Source: Macrostomum hystrix | Lineage: Eukaryota > Animalia > Platyhelminthes | Assembly (NCBI GenBank): GCA_950097015.1 | Contig: CATNEN010000038.1 | Location: forward strand, 25,234,001 to 25,298,000 | Direction: 5' to 3' | Length of the DNA: 64,000 nucleotides | Shown here: one piece after another, positions 37,374 to 51,683 of the stretch | Position numbering within the stretch: position 1 is the stretch's first letter | How the letters are laid out: every line of letters starts with the position of its first letter | Position numbers and translations under genes: made by a program | Notes under the pieces: model-generated | Seen by the model: the letters and a program-made list of their open reading frames with translations, nothing else | Databases searched by the model: none | Told to the model about the DNA's origin: nothing

Positions 37374-38978
37374 ACTAGATTACAGAATCTGTCAGACTAG
37401 ATTACAGAATCTGTCAGACTAGATTACAGAATCTGTCAGAATAGATTACAGAATCTGTCAGACTAGATTACAGAATCTGTCAGAATAGATTACAGAATCT
37501 TTCAGACTAGATTACAGAATCTGTTAGACTAGAATTCAGAATCTGTTAGACTAGATTACAAAATCTGTTAGACTAGATTACAGAATCTGTCAGAATAGAT
37601 TACAGAATCTGTCAGAATAGATTACAAAATCTGTTAGACTAGATTACAGAATCTGTCAGACTAGATTACAGAATCTGTCAGACTAGATTACAGAATCTTT
37701 CAGACTAGATTACAGAATCTGTTAGACTAGAATTCAGAATCTGTTAGACTAGATTACAAAATCTGTCAGACTAGATTACAGAATCTGTCAGAATAGATTA
37801 CAGAATCTTTCAGACTAGATTACAGAATCTGTTAGACTAGAATTCAGAATCTGTCAGACTAGATTACAAAATCTGTCAGACTAGATTACAGAATCTGTTA
37901 GACTAGATTACAGAATCTGTCAGACTAGATTACAGAATCTGTTAGACTAGATTACAAAATCTGTCAGACTAGATTACAGAATCTGTTAGACTAGATTACA
38001 GAATCTTTTAGACTAGATTACAAAATCTTTCAGACTAGTTTACAGAATCTGTTAGACTAGATTACAGAATTTGTTAGACTAGATTAAAGAATCTGTCAGA
38101 CTAGATTACAGAATCTGTCAGACTAGATTACAGAATCTGTCAGACTAGATTACAGAATCTGTTAGACTAGATTACAGAATCTGTTAGACTAGATTACAGA
38201 ATCTGTTAGACTAGATTACAAAATCTGTTAGACTAGATTACAGAATCTGTTAGACTACATTACAGAATCTGTCAGACTAGATTACAGAATCTGTTAGACT
38301 AGATTACAGAATCTGTCAGAATAGATTACAGAATCTGTTAGACTAGATTACAGAATCTGTCAGACTAGATTACAGAATTTGTTAGACTAGATTAAAGAAT
38401 CTGTCAGACTAGATTACAGAATCTGTCAGACTAGATTACAGAATTTGTTAGACTAGATTAAAGAATCTGTCAGACTAGATTACAAAATCTGTCAGAATAG
38501 ATTACAGAATCTGTCAGACTAGATTACAGAATCTGTCAGAATAGATTACAGAATCTGTTATTCTAGATTACAGAATCTGTTAGACTAGATTACAGAATCT
38601 GTTAGACTAGATTACAAAATCTTTCAGACTAGATTACAGAATCTGTTAGACTAGATTACAGAATCAGTCAGACTAGATTACAGAATCTGTTAGACTAGAT
38701 TACAGAATCTGTCAGACTAGATTACAGAATTTGTTAGACTAGATTAAAGAATCTGTCAGACTAGATTACAGAATCTGTTAGACTAGATTACAGAATCTGT
38801 CAGACTAGATTACAGAATCTGTCAGACTAGATTACAGAATCTGTCAGAATAGATTACAGAATCTGTCAGACTAGATTACAGAATCTGTTAGACTAGATTA
38901 CAGAATCTGTCAGACTAGATTACAGAATCTGTTAGACTAGATTACAGAATCTGTCAGACTAGATTACAGAATCTGTAA
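37374..38978. repeat. 22-bp minisatellite (ACTAGATTACAGAATCTGTYAG)
   Basis: Tandem units. Confidence 0.97.
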
Positions 38979-39616
38979 GATGAATGTGGCCTCAACGTGT
39001 TTTTCGAGTTCAAAAGTCATTTTAGTGCGAGAATATCAGTCCATGTTTTTTACTTTTTTGTTGGCCATTGTTGAAAATTAGCAACTATAAAAATCGAATG
39101 GGATTTTTGGGATACGAAAAATGAGGATATTTCTTGCGGAGTTTTGTAAGACAACATGATCCTGTTTCCCATTCGAATGAATTCCAAGTAATTTTTTGAC
39201 GCAACATTACCCCATCAGAACAGAGCGACGAAATATTAGCCCCGTTGAAAGCCGAAGAAATGCGGAATTGTTTAGATAGAATTTACTTTATTCTCTTAAT
39301 TAGCTGCAATTATAAACAGCTTATAATAGATAAGGCATGTATATAATAAACTTTTTGTTATAATAAACAGAAAAAGTACAAATCTAACATATATCACGGC
39401 CTGATGATGGCAAGTTAGTAAAGAACGCAGTCTTAGACCTACGGCTTATAAGTTAAAATTTGTTTTCTTGATAAATACTCGTAGAAGCGCAGCAGGTGCA
39501 AGATTGGACCCCAAAAAATATGCAGAAAGATTTTTGTAGTTCAACTGGCACTGTGTGATATGATTTTTCTAAGGGTTTGCTTATAACAGTGAGAATGGAA
39601 CATGATATTAGGGATC

Positions 39617-40192
39617 AGGGAGAACGGGAGATAGAGAGAGGGAGAGAGAGGGAGAGAGAGGGAGAGAGGGAGAGAGAGGGAGAGAGGGAGATAGAGAGAG
39701 AGGGAGACGGAGAGAGATGAAGAGAGGGAGATAAAGATAGATAGAGAGGGGGAGATAGAGAGAGAGGGAGAGGGAGAGAGGGAGAGAGAGGGAGATAAAG
39801 AGAGAGGGAGAAAGGGAGATAGAGAGAGAGGGAGAGAGGGAGAGGAAGATAGAGAGAGAGGGAGATAGAGAGAGAGAGGGAGAGGGAGAGAGGGAGATAG
39901 AGAGAGAGAGGGAGAGAGAGGGAGAGGAAGATAGAGAGAGAGGGAGATAGAGAGAGAGAGGGAGACAGAGAGAGAGGGAGACAGAGAGAGAGGGAGACAG
40001 AGAGAGAGGGAGACAGAGAGAGAGAGGGAGACAGAGAGAGAGGGAGACAGAGCGAGAGGGAGACAGGGAGAGAGGGAGGGATAGAGAGAGAGGGAGACAG
40101 AGAGGGAGATAGAGGGTGAGGGAGAGGGAGAGGAAAGATAGGGACAGGGAAGAGAGGGAGATAGGGAGAGGGAGATAGGGTGAGAGGGGTAG
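39617..40192. repeat. GA-rich simple repeat
   Basis: (GA)n/GGGAGA runs. Confidence 0.92.
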
Positions 40193-40844
40193 AGGCGGTA
40201 TCGGATAATAGGCAGCGGAGAAAGAGAATTTCTGAATTCGTAATTTTCTCTCTGTTGGAATATCATTTATTACCAATCGAGCATTAACAATTATCAGTCT
40301 GCCTGTTTATGCAAAGATCTGATAAACCGAACAGCAATTAAAGACTAAATTTACACGATTACGCAACATACCAAGAATTCCCCCCCAATAAAAACGTCAC
40401 AGTGTGGGAGTTCCTAGAAATCTTCAAATTGTTAAGGAACGAATTGACTTTCCATTTTCTTCGAAGATTTTTGTTTAAAAGCCAGCCATAAAGTATTAGA
40501 AATATTTGCGCATGACAGTCATATTAGCGTCTGTCAATGTGAAATAGCAAAACTGTGTTTAGCATTTTTGACCGAGGGTAGAACCAAAAATGTTGCTTTA
40601 ACAAAAGCGGGACTTAATGGCATTTAGTTTTCTATCATTTGTGGAAAACCCAGGGTAACTTAACTGGGATAATTCACAACGTTGTTACCTCCGGAAACGC
40701 CATGTAAAAGCACTGCTTGAAAGCACTGCACAAAAATGTTTTCATTTCTCTTTTCGTCAGGTTCAGTTGATAAGATTTTTGTTGCACGACTCTGATCTCA
40801 AACGACTTCTACTAGAAGGACGCTTTTCCGACATTCATGTTGTT

Positions 40845-42027
40845 CTGACATTCCCTACTGTGTGCTGACATTCCCTACTGTGTCCTGACATTCCCTACTG
40901 TGTCCTGACATTCCCTACTGTGTCCTGACATTCCCTACTGTGTCCTGACATTCCCAACTGTGTGCTGACATTCCCTACTGTGTCCTGACATTCCCTACTG
41001 TGTGCTGACATTCCCTACTGTGTCCTGACATTCCCTACTGTGTGCTGACATTCCCTACTGTGTGCTGACATTTCCTACCGTGTCCTGACATTCCCAACTG
41101 TGTGCTGACATTCCCTACTGTGTCCTGACATTCCCTACTGTGTGTTGACATTCCCTACTGTGTCCTGACATTTCCTACTGTGTGTTGACATTCCCAACTG
41201 TGTGCTGACATTCCCTACTGTGTCCTGACATTCCCTACTGTGTGCTGACATTCCCTACTGTGTCCTGACATTCCCTACTGTGTCCTGACATTCCCTACTG
41301 TGTCCTGACATTCCCTACTGTGTCCTGACATTCCCTACTGTGTCCTGACATTTCCTACTGTGTCCTGACATTCCCAACTGTGTCCTGACATTCCCTACTG
41401 TGTGCTGACATTCCCTACTGTGTCCTGACATTCCCTACTGTGTCCTGACATTCCCTACTGTGTCCTGACATTTCCTACTGTGTGCTGACATTCCCAACTG
41501 TGTGCTGACATTCCCTACTGTGTCCTGACATTCCCTACTGTGTGCTGACATTCCCTACTGTGTCCTGACATTTCCTACTGTGTGCTGACATACCCAACTG
41601 TGTGCTGACATTCCCTACTGTGTCCTGACATTCCCTACTGTGTGCTGACATTCCCTACTGTGTCCTGACATTCCCTACTGTGTCCTGACATTCCCTACTG
41701 TGTCCTGACATTCCCTACTGTGTCCTGACATTCCCTACTGTGTCCTGACATTCCCTACTGTGTCCTGACATTCCCTACTGTGTCCTGACATTTCCTACTG
41801 TGTCCTGACATTCCCAACTGTGTGCTGACATTCCCTACTGTGTGCTGACATTCTCTACTGTGTCCTGACATTCCCTACTGTGTCCTGACATTCCCTACTG
41901 TGTCCTGACATTCCCTACTGTGTCCTGACATTCCCAACTGTGTCCTGACATTCCCTACTGTGTCCTGACATTCCCTACTGTGTCCTGACATTCCCTACCG
42001 TGTCCTGACATTCCCTACTGTGTCCTT
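40845..42027 (-). repeat. 20-bp minisatellite, reverse complement of the 34255-36653 array
   Basis: Unit CTGACATTCCCTACTGTGTC. Confidence 0.97.
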
Positions 42028-42974
42028 GTTTGCATATGGAAATGTCTTACAAATGATTTTTTATTTTACATCGGTCAGAATGCGTCATTTTGAATATTGA
42101 TGACAAAAGATATTTGTCTGTCGTGCTGTTCTACAGTTTATGACAAATCTATTTTCGTGTCTTTGAAACTGTCCACTGTCGATAATATAGACCAGACATA
42201 GACTAGGCCTAGGGAACACTATAATTACAGTAAGTTGCGACAGTTCAATAACCTACTGAATGTTTCCCGTTGTTTCTGCCCCAACTAAGACAGTACCTTT
42301 CCGTCTAGCTCTCTCCCGTGCCATCTATTTTCAGCTTTTAATTTTGCCTTCGCTTTGTCACGAGTGTTTGAAAAAAGACTAGATAATGAGGACACACTGG
42401 GAAATTTCTGCTGTTTTCTTCACGGTTATCTTTTTGAGCCCATTCCCTTACCACCCGTCGCCCCATTGCACACTATTGTCAGTCTATTTTGCGATTCAAA
42501 CAGCATTCAAATAGCATTTTTCCTTATTTTCTTTCAACAGGTCTTTCACAAGGGCAGCAGGGTATTAGTCCTGCTTCTTCTAAAAGAAGACCTTCGATCC
42601 TTCTTTCCCATGGAAACGTCAGTTCGCGTGTCTCATATTTCAGCTTTCATTTTCTTTTTTGCTCGCCGCTCTGTTTGTCTACCTGTGACGCAGATAAGCA
42701 GCCCTTTTTAATTAGGCGAAGATTTGAAGCACCAAAGGCTTTGCTTTTTGCTATTATAGGATTTGCTTTTAGAAGATTATGATTTGAAGGAAATCACGGA
42801 CAGATATGGCAATGCGGTGTTGATAAGTAATGAGTCACGAATCGGATTAGTTGATTAATCAGCTGCAACATGCCTCGTCTGACTTTCTGGCTCATTTATA
42901 TCTCCTTTATTATCTGCAAAAAACATTTTACTCACCTATTTCCGCGCCTCTTTCCAACTGCCTCACTTCTCCCA

Positions 42975-43585
42975 CTGTCTCGAGTCTTCCCCTTAACACA
43001 ATTCTCACCCCGTCTCAATTCTCCCCTGTCTCAATACTCCCCTGCCACAATTCTCCCCCTGTCTCGATTATTCCCCTGTCTCAATTCTCCCCTTGTATCA
43101 ATTCTCCCCTGTCTCAATTCTACCCTGTCTCAATTCTCCCCCTGTCTTAATTCTCCCCTTGTCTCAATTCTCCCCCTGTCTCAGTTCTCCCCTGTCTCAA
43201 TTCTACCCTTGTCTCAATTCTCCCCCTGTCTCAGTTCTCCCCTGTCTCAATTCTACCCTGTCTCAATTCCCCCCTGTCTTAATTCTCCCCTTGTCTCAAT
43301 TCTCCCCCTGTCTCGAGTTTTCCCCTTAACACAATTCCCCCCCTGTCTCAGTTCTCCCTGTCTCAATTCTCCCCCTGTCTCAATACTCCCCTGCCACAAT
43401 TCTCCCCCTGTCTCGATTATCCCCCTGTCTCAATTCTCCCCTTGTATCAATTCTCCCAGTCTAAATTCTCACCTCGTCTCAATTCTCCCCCCTGCCTCAA
43501 TTCACCCCGTCTCATTTCTCACCCTGTCTCGACTCTTCCCCTTAACACAATTCTCCCCCCTGTCTCAATTCTCCCCAAATCTCAA
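42975..43585. repeat. CCCCTGTCTCAATTCT minisatellite (inverse relative of the GAGACAGGG family)
   Basis: Tandem pyrimidine-rich units. Confidence 0.9.
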
Positions 43586-45164
43586 TTGCCGCTACATGCA
43601 ACGCTTTTAACCAGAATTATATGATGACTTTGATAAAGCGAGACACTTCGTATATGTCACATGACTTACTCAAATGAGTCGCAAATTAAATTTCATCAGC
43701 TTTTTGCCCAGTCCATATAGATGTTAAAAAGTGCAAAAATAATAGTATCAAGTCAAAATTAATTTAACTATCAGAGTAACGAATACCACTTCATAAACAG
43801 GATGCCTGTCTGTAATGAATCAATTTAGCAAGGAAAAAGTGTTACGTACAGCGCTCTCTATTAGCATCTAAAACAAGATTCCGAGCTTAAATTTTCTGCT
43901 AATGCCCTACCGAACAGCACTCCAACCTGATTAAATATTCATTAGCAAATACGAGCCACGCTCTGAAAAATAAGTAATGCTATAGATCCGAAACTAAATT
44001 ATGTGTTTTAGTTTTGTTACAATTTAATACTATGCTTTCCGCTGTTGCCAGTTTAACTACTAGAGGACAATAAATTACATCCTAGATATAATTGTTCGCA
44101 TTCTAACAATAAATATTTGTTACTTTGTTTATTTTCGATAGATTTTTTAATTTGTGGAATGAAAATATTATTTTTATTATACCCAAACAGATCCGTTGCA
44201 ACTGTCTATAGCAAAAGGCCTTAATTTTCTGTTAATGTCTATGGCAAAAAACTACATCAATATTTCATATTTCGACCATAGACAGAATTTCATCAAGAAA
44301 CGATCCATGTAAAAGAAGAGAGAATGTTGTGCGCTGATATAATTACATAATTACCTGATTATATAACACTAAATCACAGCAAAAATAAAACAATAAGAAA
44401 TATAAAGCAAAATTAGCAGCAATTTTTCAAAATAATAGCACAATATCTGATACCCAAAATATTTAACTGCCCAGAATTTATTCCCAAAAAAGAAGCTGCA
44501 ATTCTCGAGGTTTTGAAATAAAAAACCAGCAACAAGTACTATAAACATTAAAAAACCTGAAGCCTTCGAAAGAGGCAAAAATGCAAGCAGCAATCTTATT
44601 TCACAATAGCATTGGCTACGATTTGAACTGACTCGAATGAGACATTGTGGCATCGCCATGGCAACAGGTGCGGGTTGGAGAAGGTGGAGTAGCAATTTTG
44701 AATGGCGGGTAAGCATTAATGGGAGAGAAAATGCAAAAACAACATCCCCCCTACGCTTCACGTCACTCGGTTGTAGCTGAGTAGGAAGTGCTTTTCAAAA
44801 AAACATTTTTCGCTTGTTTCAGGAATAAGAAAGACAAATCAGGGACATATAATTTGCTGTTGCAGATTTCTGTTAAATTGAGAATGCGGATGGAAAAGAT
44901 TAGATAAATATTATATATAGCCAGTGTCACAGCCGCAGGTGCATACAGCTGTTTAAGTCCATAGACTGGGTGGCGGCCGACGCACCTACTCGAATATCTA
45001 CCCTGGCAGCTGATGTTGAAATCCATTTTGCAACTAAAACAGTTTTGTGCAATTGTACAAAAATAATATACTTTGGTTTGAGATTCGAACCCACGACGCA
45101 TAACAAGCCTTTTAGATATACGAGCGTATAATAATGTTTAATTAATGAATTGAATACACCTATC

Positions 45165-45450
45165 GGGCCAGATGTGCAGCCGACAGCACAGCCGCAGCTA
45201 TTGCGCGGCGCATCTGACGGCTGCGTACAGCTGTTCAGTCCATGGACTGGCGGACGCCAAACCAGCCCTTAATTATCCCAACTTACGCTGGTAACTATTT
45301 AACAGCTTCAAGTGAACTGAAGCAATGCTCAGTTAATGAGTTAAATGCTGAGTTAAGCTAAGCGAAACAAATTGTTCCAGTAGAGTCGGGAATCGAGCCC
45401 CCGACCTTCAAGTCGTGAGTCCGACGCCCTATCCACTAGGCTGCAACCCC
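45165..45450 (-). mobile_element. tRNA-derived SINE (family B), near full length
   Basis: Minus-strand head GGGGTTGCAGCCTAGTGGATAGGGCGTCGGACTCACGACTTGAAGGTCGGGGGCTCGATTCCCGACTC; body shared with 52212-52400. Confidence 0.8.
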
Positions 45451-45510
45451 CTTGTAGATACGTATGGTTGATGAAGAAGTTAGACATCTGGGAAATGACA
45501 CTCCCCAGTA

Positions 45511-46102
45511 GGGGGGCGAGTGGGTCAGCGGCTAGCGTCGCTGCCTCGCACTCCAATGGACGCTAGTTCGATTCTCCCTTCAAGTCACGATTAATTTCGG
45601 GACTTGTTGGAGGGTTTGGACAGTAGCGACCGGCGGAGGTGCACCATTTTTCATGCAATCAAAGCTTGAAATAATAGCTTCGCTCCTACCTTCTGTGTGC
45701 CTGTTCTGCGTTGTGTGAGTTGTGTGCGTTGGCGCTGGGGCGAGGCCGTGCGGGGGGTGGCTGGAGGGCGGGTGTACACCGCCGCGCGCTTTCTGGACTT
45801 CCGTCAGCGCGATTGGATAAGTGTACACTCATCACCCGGCCCCCCTGAGGACTGATTTCATATCAGCCTTCCGCCCCGGCTTGGTCTGTTCTGTGCGTGT
45901 GGTGCTGGGGTGGGGGACACTGCTGCCTATTCTGGGTGCCCCCTGCCCTCCCCGGCTGGTCTGTGCTGCTGTGCGTGGTGCCTGCTCAGGGGAGGCAGCG
46001 CGATGGGCGCTAAGCGCCTAGTTCGCCGGTCTGGGGGCGTGCGGCTCCGTCGCTTGTGCGACAAGTGCCCCGGGCCCCCCTGCAAATAGATAGATAGAGA
46101 GA
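45511..46102 (+). mobile_element. Third tRNA-headed SINE-like element (~590 bp, GC-rich) with (TAGA)n tail
   Basis: Head with B-box GTTCGATTCT; tail aaatagatagatagagaga; near-identical flanks gacactccccagta / gacacttcccagcta (TSD-like). Confidence 0.7.
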
Positions 46103-46556
46103 GACACTTCCCAGCTAGTTCGTGACACGCGGATTTGGCGAAAATTTTCTGTTTTGTTTAAAACGGCATGATAAAAACTGTTCTCCTAATCCCTTTGAAC
46201 GCATCACTGCTCTTCCGCTTACAGAGAATGCATCACCTCAAAGGGAGAGGATATAGAGGGCCTACAATTATTAGAATGAAAACAGAATTGCACAAAGGCT
46301 AAATTCTGTCTAATATCTGTGCCCTTGTGCTAAAGGAAACATTAATCTATTTGCGGTCTTTGATGTGCTGGGCTGTTAAAATTCTGTTGTAAGCAGATAA
46401 CACACGGAATACTATATTGTTGGTCAGTTCCTACCTGAGTTTTTGTTATGACTTTTGAGATTTAATTGCTTTCAAAATATATACGCTCGTATTTGGCCAG
46501 AGAAAAATATTCACGGAGTGACAAGTATAGTTAGTAGATTGTGAAGTATAGCTAGC

Positions 46557-46662
46557 GCTGACTCCTGAGCACACACGCACACAGGTGAGTACATCTGCTC
46601 CTGACTTTCTCATCGTCAGGCAGTGTACAGTCCCACAGTGTCTTGGAGGTTGGCCCTCAAGG
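46557..46662 (-). mobile_element. SINE family A internal fragment
   Basis: gctgactcctgagcacacacgcac...ggaggttggccctcaaggg. Confidence 0.7.
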
Positions 46663-46879
46663 GAGGAAATTAAAGTGTACACTTTCTAAGCATTAAGCTA
46701 GGGGGCGAGTGGGTGTCATCGTATGCGAACTGAAATAATTAATTGTTACTCGTGCTTGCTGGTTAAAATTGCATAAAATTGAAATGGAAAGTTTTAATTG
46801 AAAAAATATGCCAACTGCATTGTTTCATTTGAAGAGATGATAAATAATAGAAGAAAGATTAGAGAGGAGAAAAATTAAG

Positions 46880-47260
46880 AGGAGATAAGACAGGAGAGGG
46901 AGCGGATATATAATGGATAGAGAAGAGATAAGGGGTGAGAGAAGAGATAAGGGGTGAGAGAATAGATAAGAGGTGAGAGAAGAGACAAGGGGTGAGAGAA
47001 GAGATTAGAGGTGAGAGAAGAGATAAGAGGTGAGAGAAGAGATAAGGGGTGAGAGAATAGATAAGAGGTGAGAGAAGAGACAAGGGGTGAGAGAAGAGAT
47101 AAGAGGTGAGAGAAGAGACAAGGGGTGAGAGAAGAGATTAGAGGTGAGAGAAGAGATAAGAGGTGAGAGAAGAGACAAGAGGTGAGACAAGAGATAAGAG
47201 GTGAGAGAAGAGATAAGCAGGTGAGAGAAGAGAAAAGAGGTGAGAGATGAGAGGTGAAAA
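46880..47260. repeat. GGTGAGAGAAGAGATAAG minisatellite
   Basis: Tandem units. Confidence 0.9.
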
Positions 47261-47852
47261 GAGAGGCGAGGAGAGTAGAGAATGGGGAGGAGAGAAAAGG
47301 GAAGAGAATGAAGTGACAAAATGAGAGGCGTAAGAAGTGGAAAATTCATAGAAATTCCTAAATCTTGTGACGCCAGTCTAGCAGTGGCCCGAAAAAAAGA
47401 AATTCCTCAGCACATTAATTGGAATCGTGGGTGTATAACGCGCCATGCCGCCCTGTGACCCCGCCAGTGCCGTGATGTCTGTAGTCCATATCAGGATCTG
47501 CTAATCGTCAACAAACTGTTCACGAAATATACCAGTGACTTTCAAGTTGCAGCCAGCAGCAGCAGCAGCAGCAGGTCATCATTAGTGTCGAACCGCAGTG
47601 ATTGACAGATTGCTGGTTCGAATGCAGCCGTGGTGAATGGCTTATAGTCGCTATATTTTCCCCTACGCCCAATCTTAAAGGTTGGCTATTTTTTCAGCAA
47701 CAATTTATAATTTTAAAGTCAAGCGCTTGCTTTTGCTGTTTACTTTGAATTGAATAATTTTCGACTTTAAATATATTATTCTTTTAAACGACAAAAACAG
47801 GAAATTAGTCACTCTTTTAACTCTTTCATAGTCAGGTCGTGTAAAGACTCAA

Positions 47853-48024
47853 TCCTGTTAGACACTCGATTATCCTGTTAGACACTCGATCATACTGTTA
47901 GACACTCGATCATACTGTTAGACACTCGATCACCATGTTAGACACTCGATCACCATGTTAGACACTCGATCACCATGTTAGACACTCGATCATACTGTTA
48001 GACAAGAAATGATCCTGTTAGATA
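47853..48024. repeat. 20-bp minisatellite (CTGTTAGACACTCGATCATA)
   Basis: Tandem units. Confidence 0.9.
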
Positions 48025-48732
48025 CAATTCCGTCCTACAGGAAATCAATAGCTGCTCATATTATTTTTTTTCTAAGAAATTGTTCTCTTTAGCAAAAATG
48101 TATTCACCTGTTCGACAATCGTGTTAGGCATCAGATATGCCGATGTGCAATGTTGGCCTAGCCTTAACCTCACCATCAGCTTCAATTATAACCGAAGTAA
48201 TCAAAGAAAAACAAACAGACACCGTACTCAAAAGATTGAAGAAGTTTGCTTAACCCGTATAACAGTTTTTCTAAGCGGGAATTGAGGGTTAGGGGGTTGT
48301 GGCCCTTGCCTGCCAAACTCCATATTTCCTCATTCATTAATGTCGCTCAAAAATATGAGGAAAAGAAAGAGAGGAGAGTTGAATAAATGGGAAAACGGTG
48401 AGACGTGGAGGAAGTTTGAGCATGAGAACACCAGCTCTCGTGGTGTGCTCAACAGTTCTAGTTTTGTTGGTTGTAGCGTTGAGCAAACAGTTGGTTGGGC
48501 AAACACAGTCCTGTCCTGACCCGCCGACCCCCTTGCTTCCAACTGCTTCTAGGAGCATTGCTGCTATGGCCATTTTTCCTCAGTTTTTTCTATAATTATT
48601 GCCAAGTTCCCAAAGATGGCAGCCGTTAGCTAAAAAATACAATGCCTCCAAGTTCCCTTCCTGTTCTTTTGTTTGGCTATAAAAGTTAACTGCTGACTAG
48701 CAAAATTCTTAACATTTTAAGCTGTACAATAG

Positions 48733-49616
48733 TCTCTAACCGGTGAATACAGTGTCCAACAGCTTGATATCGTGTCTAACAGCTGAATACAGAGTCTAAC
48801 GTGTAGATACAGTGTCTAATAGGTAAATAGAGTATTTTTCACGTGGAAACAGCGTCTAACAGGTGAAAAACGGTTCTAATAGGTGGATAAAGTATCTAAC
48901 AGGTGGATAGAGTGTCTAACAGGTGTTTATTGTGTCTAACAGGTGGATAAAGTATCTAACAGGTGGATAAAGTATCTAACAGGTGAATAAAGTATCTAAC
49001 AGATGGATAAAGTATCTAACAGGTGAATAAAGTCTCTAACAGGTAGATAAAGTATCTAACAGATGGATAAAGTATCTAACAGGTGAATAAAGTATCTAAC
49101 AGATGGATAAAGTATCTAACAGGTGGATAAAGTATCTAACAGGTGGATAAAGTATCTAACAGGTGGATAAAGTATCTAACAGGTGGATAAAGTATCTAAC
49201 AGGTGGATAAAGTATCTAACAGGTGGATAAAGTATCTAACAGGTGGATAAAGGATCTAACAGGTGAATAAAGTCTCTAACAGGTGGATAAAGTATCTAAC
49301 AGGTGGATAAAGTGTCTAACAGGTGGATAAAGTATCTAACAGGTGGATAAAGTATCTAACAGGTGGATAAAGTATCTAACAGGTGGATAAAGTATCTAAC
49401 AGGTGGATAAAGTATCTAACAGGTGAATACAGTGTTTAACGTCTAGATTCAGTGTCTAACAGGTAGAATGAGTATCTAACAGGTGGATACGGCGTCTAAC
49501 AAGTGAAAACTGGTTCTAACAGATGGATAAAGTATCTAACAGTTGGATACAGTGTCTAACAGGTGGATAAAGTATCTAACAGGTGTTTATGTGTCTAACA
49601 GGTGGATAGAGTGTCT
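48733..49616. repeat. 20-bp minisatellite (TCTAACAGGTGGATAAAGTA)
   Basis: Homogeneous centre, diverged edges. Confidence 0.95.
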
Positions 49617-50111
49617 TAGAAATGTGTCTTACAGTGTCAAACAGGTTAAATGTATGTTTTTGTTCAGTTTGATTAGTAAAAAATCATTACCCCAATTATA
49701 TCTGTGCTTTTTGAACATGCATAAATTTTGGTTCGAAGATGTTTCATAACCTCAAAACTATATTTTTTAGCGAATTGATAAATCTTGGCTTAGAAGAATT
49801 AAATAAGGAATAAACTGTTAGTCTCGAAACGATCATTAAACTTTTCCCTTCTTGCAGTTAGAAAATTTGCATAAATGCAAGAGCAGATGAATATTCTCCA
49901 GATTGACTAGGCTTAAATTAGCATTTCAGATTTTCTAGAGTATGTAGATCGACTGATGAATTTAGCTGTAGTTCTACTTTGGAGCTGGTTACAAATATCT
50001 GGTTTTGAAGATAATCTGAGTTTCTTATAGTTTAGATAAATTTTATTGTATGTGTTTACCAATTGAAAGTTCTGATTTAGAAACTTTCGATTTTTTACTT
50101 ATTTTTTACTA

Positions 50112-50565
50112 AGTTTATCGATTAGTTCAGTTTATCGATTAGTTCAGTTTATCGATTAGTTCAGTTTATCGATTAGTTCAGTTTATCGATTAGTTCAGTT
50201 TTTCAATTAGTTCAGTTAATCAATTAGTTCAGTTTATCGATTAGTTCAGTTTATCGATTAGTTCAGTTTATCGATTAGTTCAGTTTATCGATTAGTTCAG
50301 TTTATCGATTAGTTCAGTTTATCGATTAGTTCAGTTTATCGATTAGTTCAGTTTATCGATTAGTTCAGTTTATCGATTAGTTCAGTTTATCGATTAGTTC
50401 AGTTTATCGATTAGTTCAGTTTATCGATTAGTTCAGTTTATCGATTAGTTCAGTTTATCGATTAGTTCAGTTTGTCGATTAGTTCAGTTTATCGATTAGT
50501 TCAGTTTATCGATTAGTTCAGTTTGTCGATTGTTTCAGTTCATCAGTACAGTTTATCGATTAGTT
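50112..50565. repeat. 17-bp minisatellite (AGTTTATCGATTAGTTC)
   Basis: Tandem units. Confidence 0.95.
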
Positions 50566-51204
50566 GTGACCCTATATTGTATTTTATGCGAATTATAAAC
50601 TTTCCGGGTCATGCATTCTGACTGAAGTGCAAAAAAGCACTTAGAAAAAAACAACGCAACTTTCCTCACCTTGGGGGCGTTAAAACAAAAGTTGTTCAAT
50701 AATGTTATTTTTATATTCGAATCAGGTTTGGCACGTGCCTGGCTGGCTGCAGTGGCCTGTCATTCTCATTGTTGTCAACTCGGTGCCAAACGTTTTAATT
50801 TCTTAATGCGTTGAAATATTTTTTGGCATATGGAATCAGGCTACACAGAATGAATAAAAAAAAATTTTTTGCAGCATTCTTAATTGTCATTCGCAATGAG
50901 TGTGCTGACAGTTTCACTGGCATTTCAAAACTGACTGACGATACACAGAAATCAACAGTGCGCAGAACTGACTAGTATCCGCAGCGACATCTGTTGAAAA
51001 GACATGCCACAATGTCATGTCATGTCATGCTGCGAAAGTAAAATGTGGTGGAGCTGAAACAAAATAACTGGGACTATAGTATAGAGGCTCCAGAAATGTC
51101 ACGTGCCACTGCAAAGTTGTTGTCGTCATTTATATTCGAATACAAGATTCGGTTTGTTAAATTTATTAAGGGACAATAAAAACAGAAATATAGGGATAGA
51201 GATT

Positions 51205-51683
51205 AAGACACAGAGACAGACTGAGAGACTGAGAGACTGAGAGACAGACAGAGAGAGACAGGCAGAGAGACAGATAGACAGAGAGACAGATAGAGAGACA
51301 GAGAGACAGACAGAGAGAGACAGGCAGAGAGACAGATAGACAGATAGACACAGAGACAGACAGAGAGACAGACAGAGAGACAGACAGACAGAGAGACAGA
51401 CAGAGAGACAGAGAGACAGACAGGCAGAGAGACAGACAGGCAGACAGATAGACAGATAGACAAAGAGACAGAGAGACAGATAGACAGATAGACAGATAGA
51501 CAGATAGACAGATAGACAGATAGACAGATAGACAGATAGACAGATAGACAGAGAGACAGATAGACAGAGAGACAGAGACAGACAGACAGAGAGGCAGACA
51601 GAGACATAAAGAGAGACAGACAGACAGACAGACAGAGAGACAGACAGACAGGCAGAGAGACAGACAGACAGGCAGAGAGACAG
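51205..51683. repeat. GACA/GATA/GAGA compound microsatellite
   Basis: Direct. Confidence 0.93.

Noticed and set aside
44650-44666. RFX X-box-like atcgccatggcaac
   Set aside because: Single imperfect site, not near the start of the ciliary JHY-like gene or any identified gene.
45375-45450. Possible tRNA gene (CAC anticodon-like loop)
   Set aside because: Poor acceptor and T stems, and it continues into a body shared by dispersed copies, so it is a SINE head.
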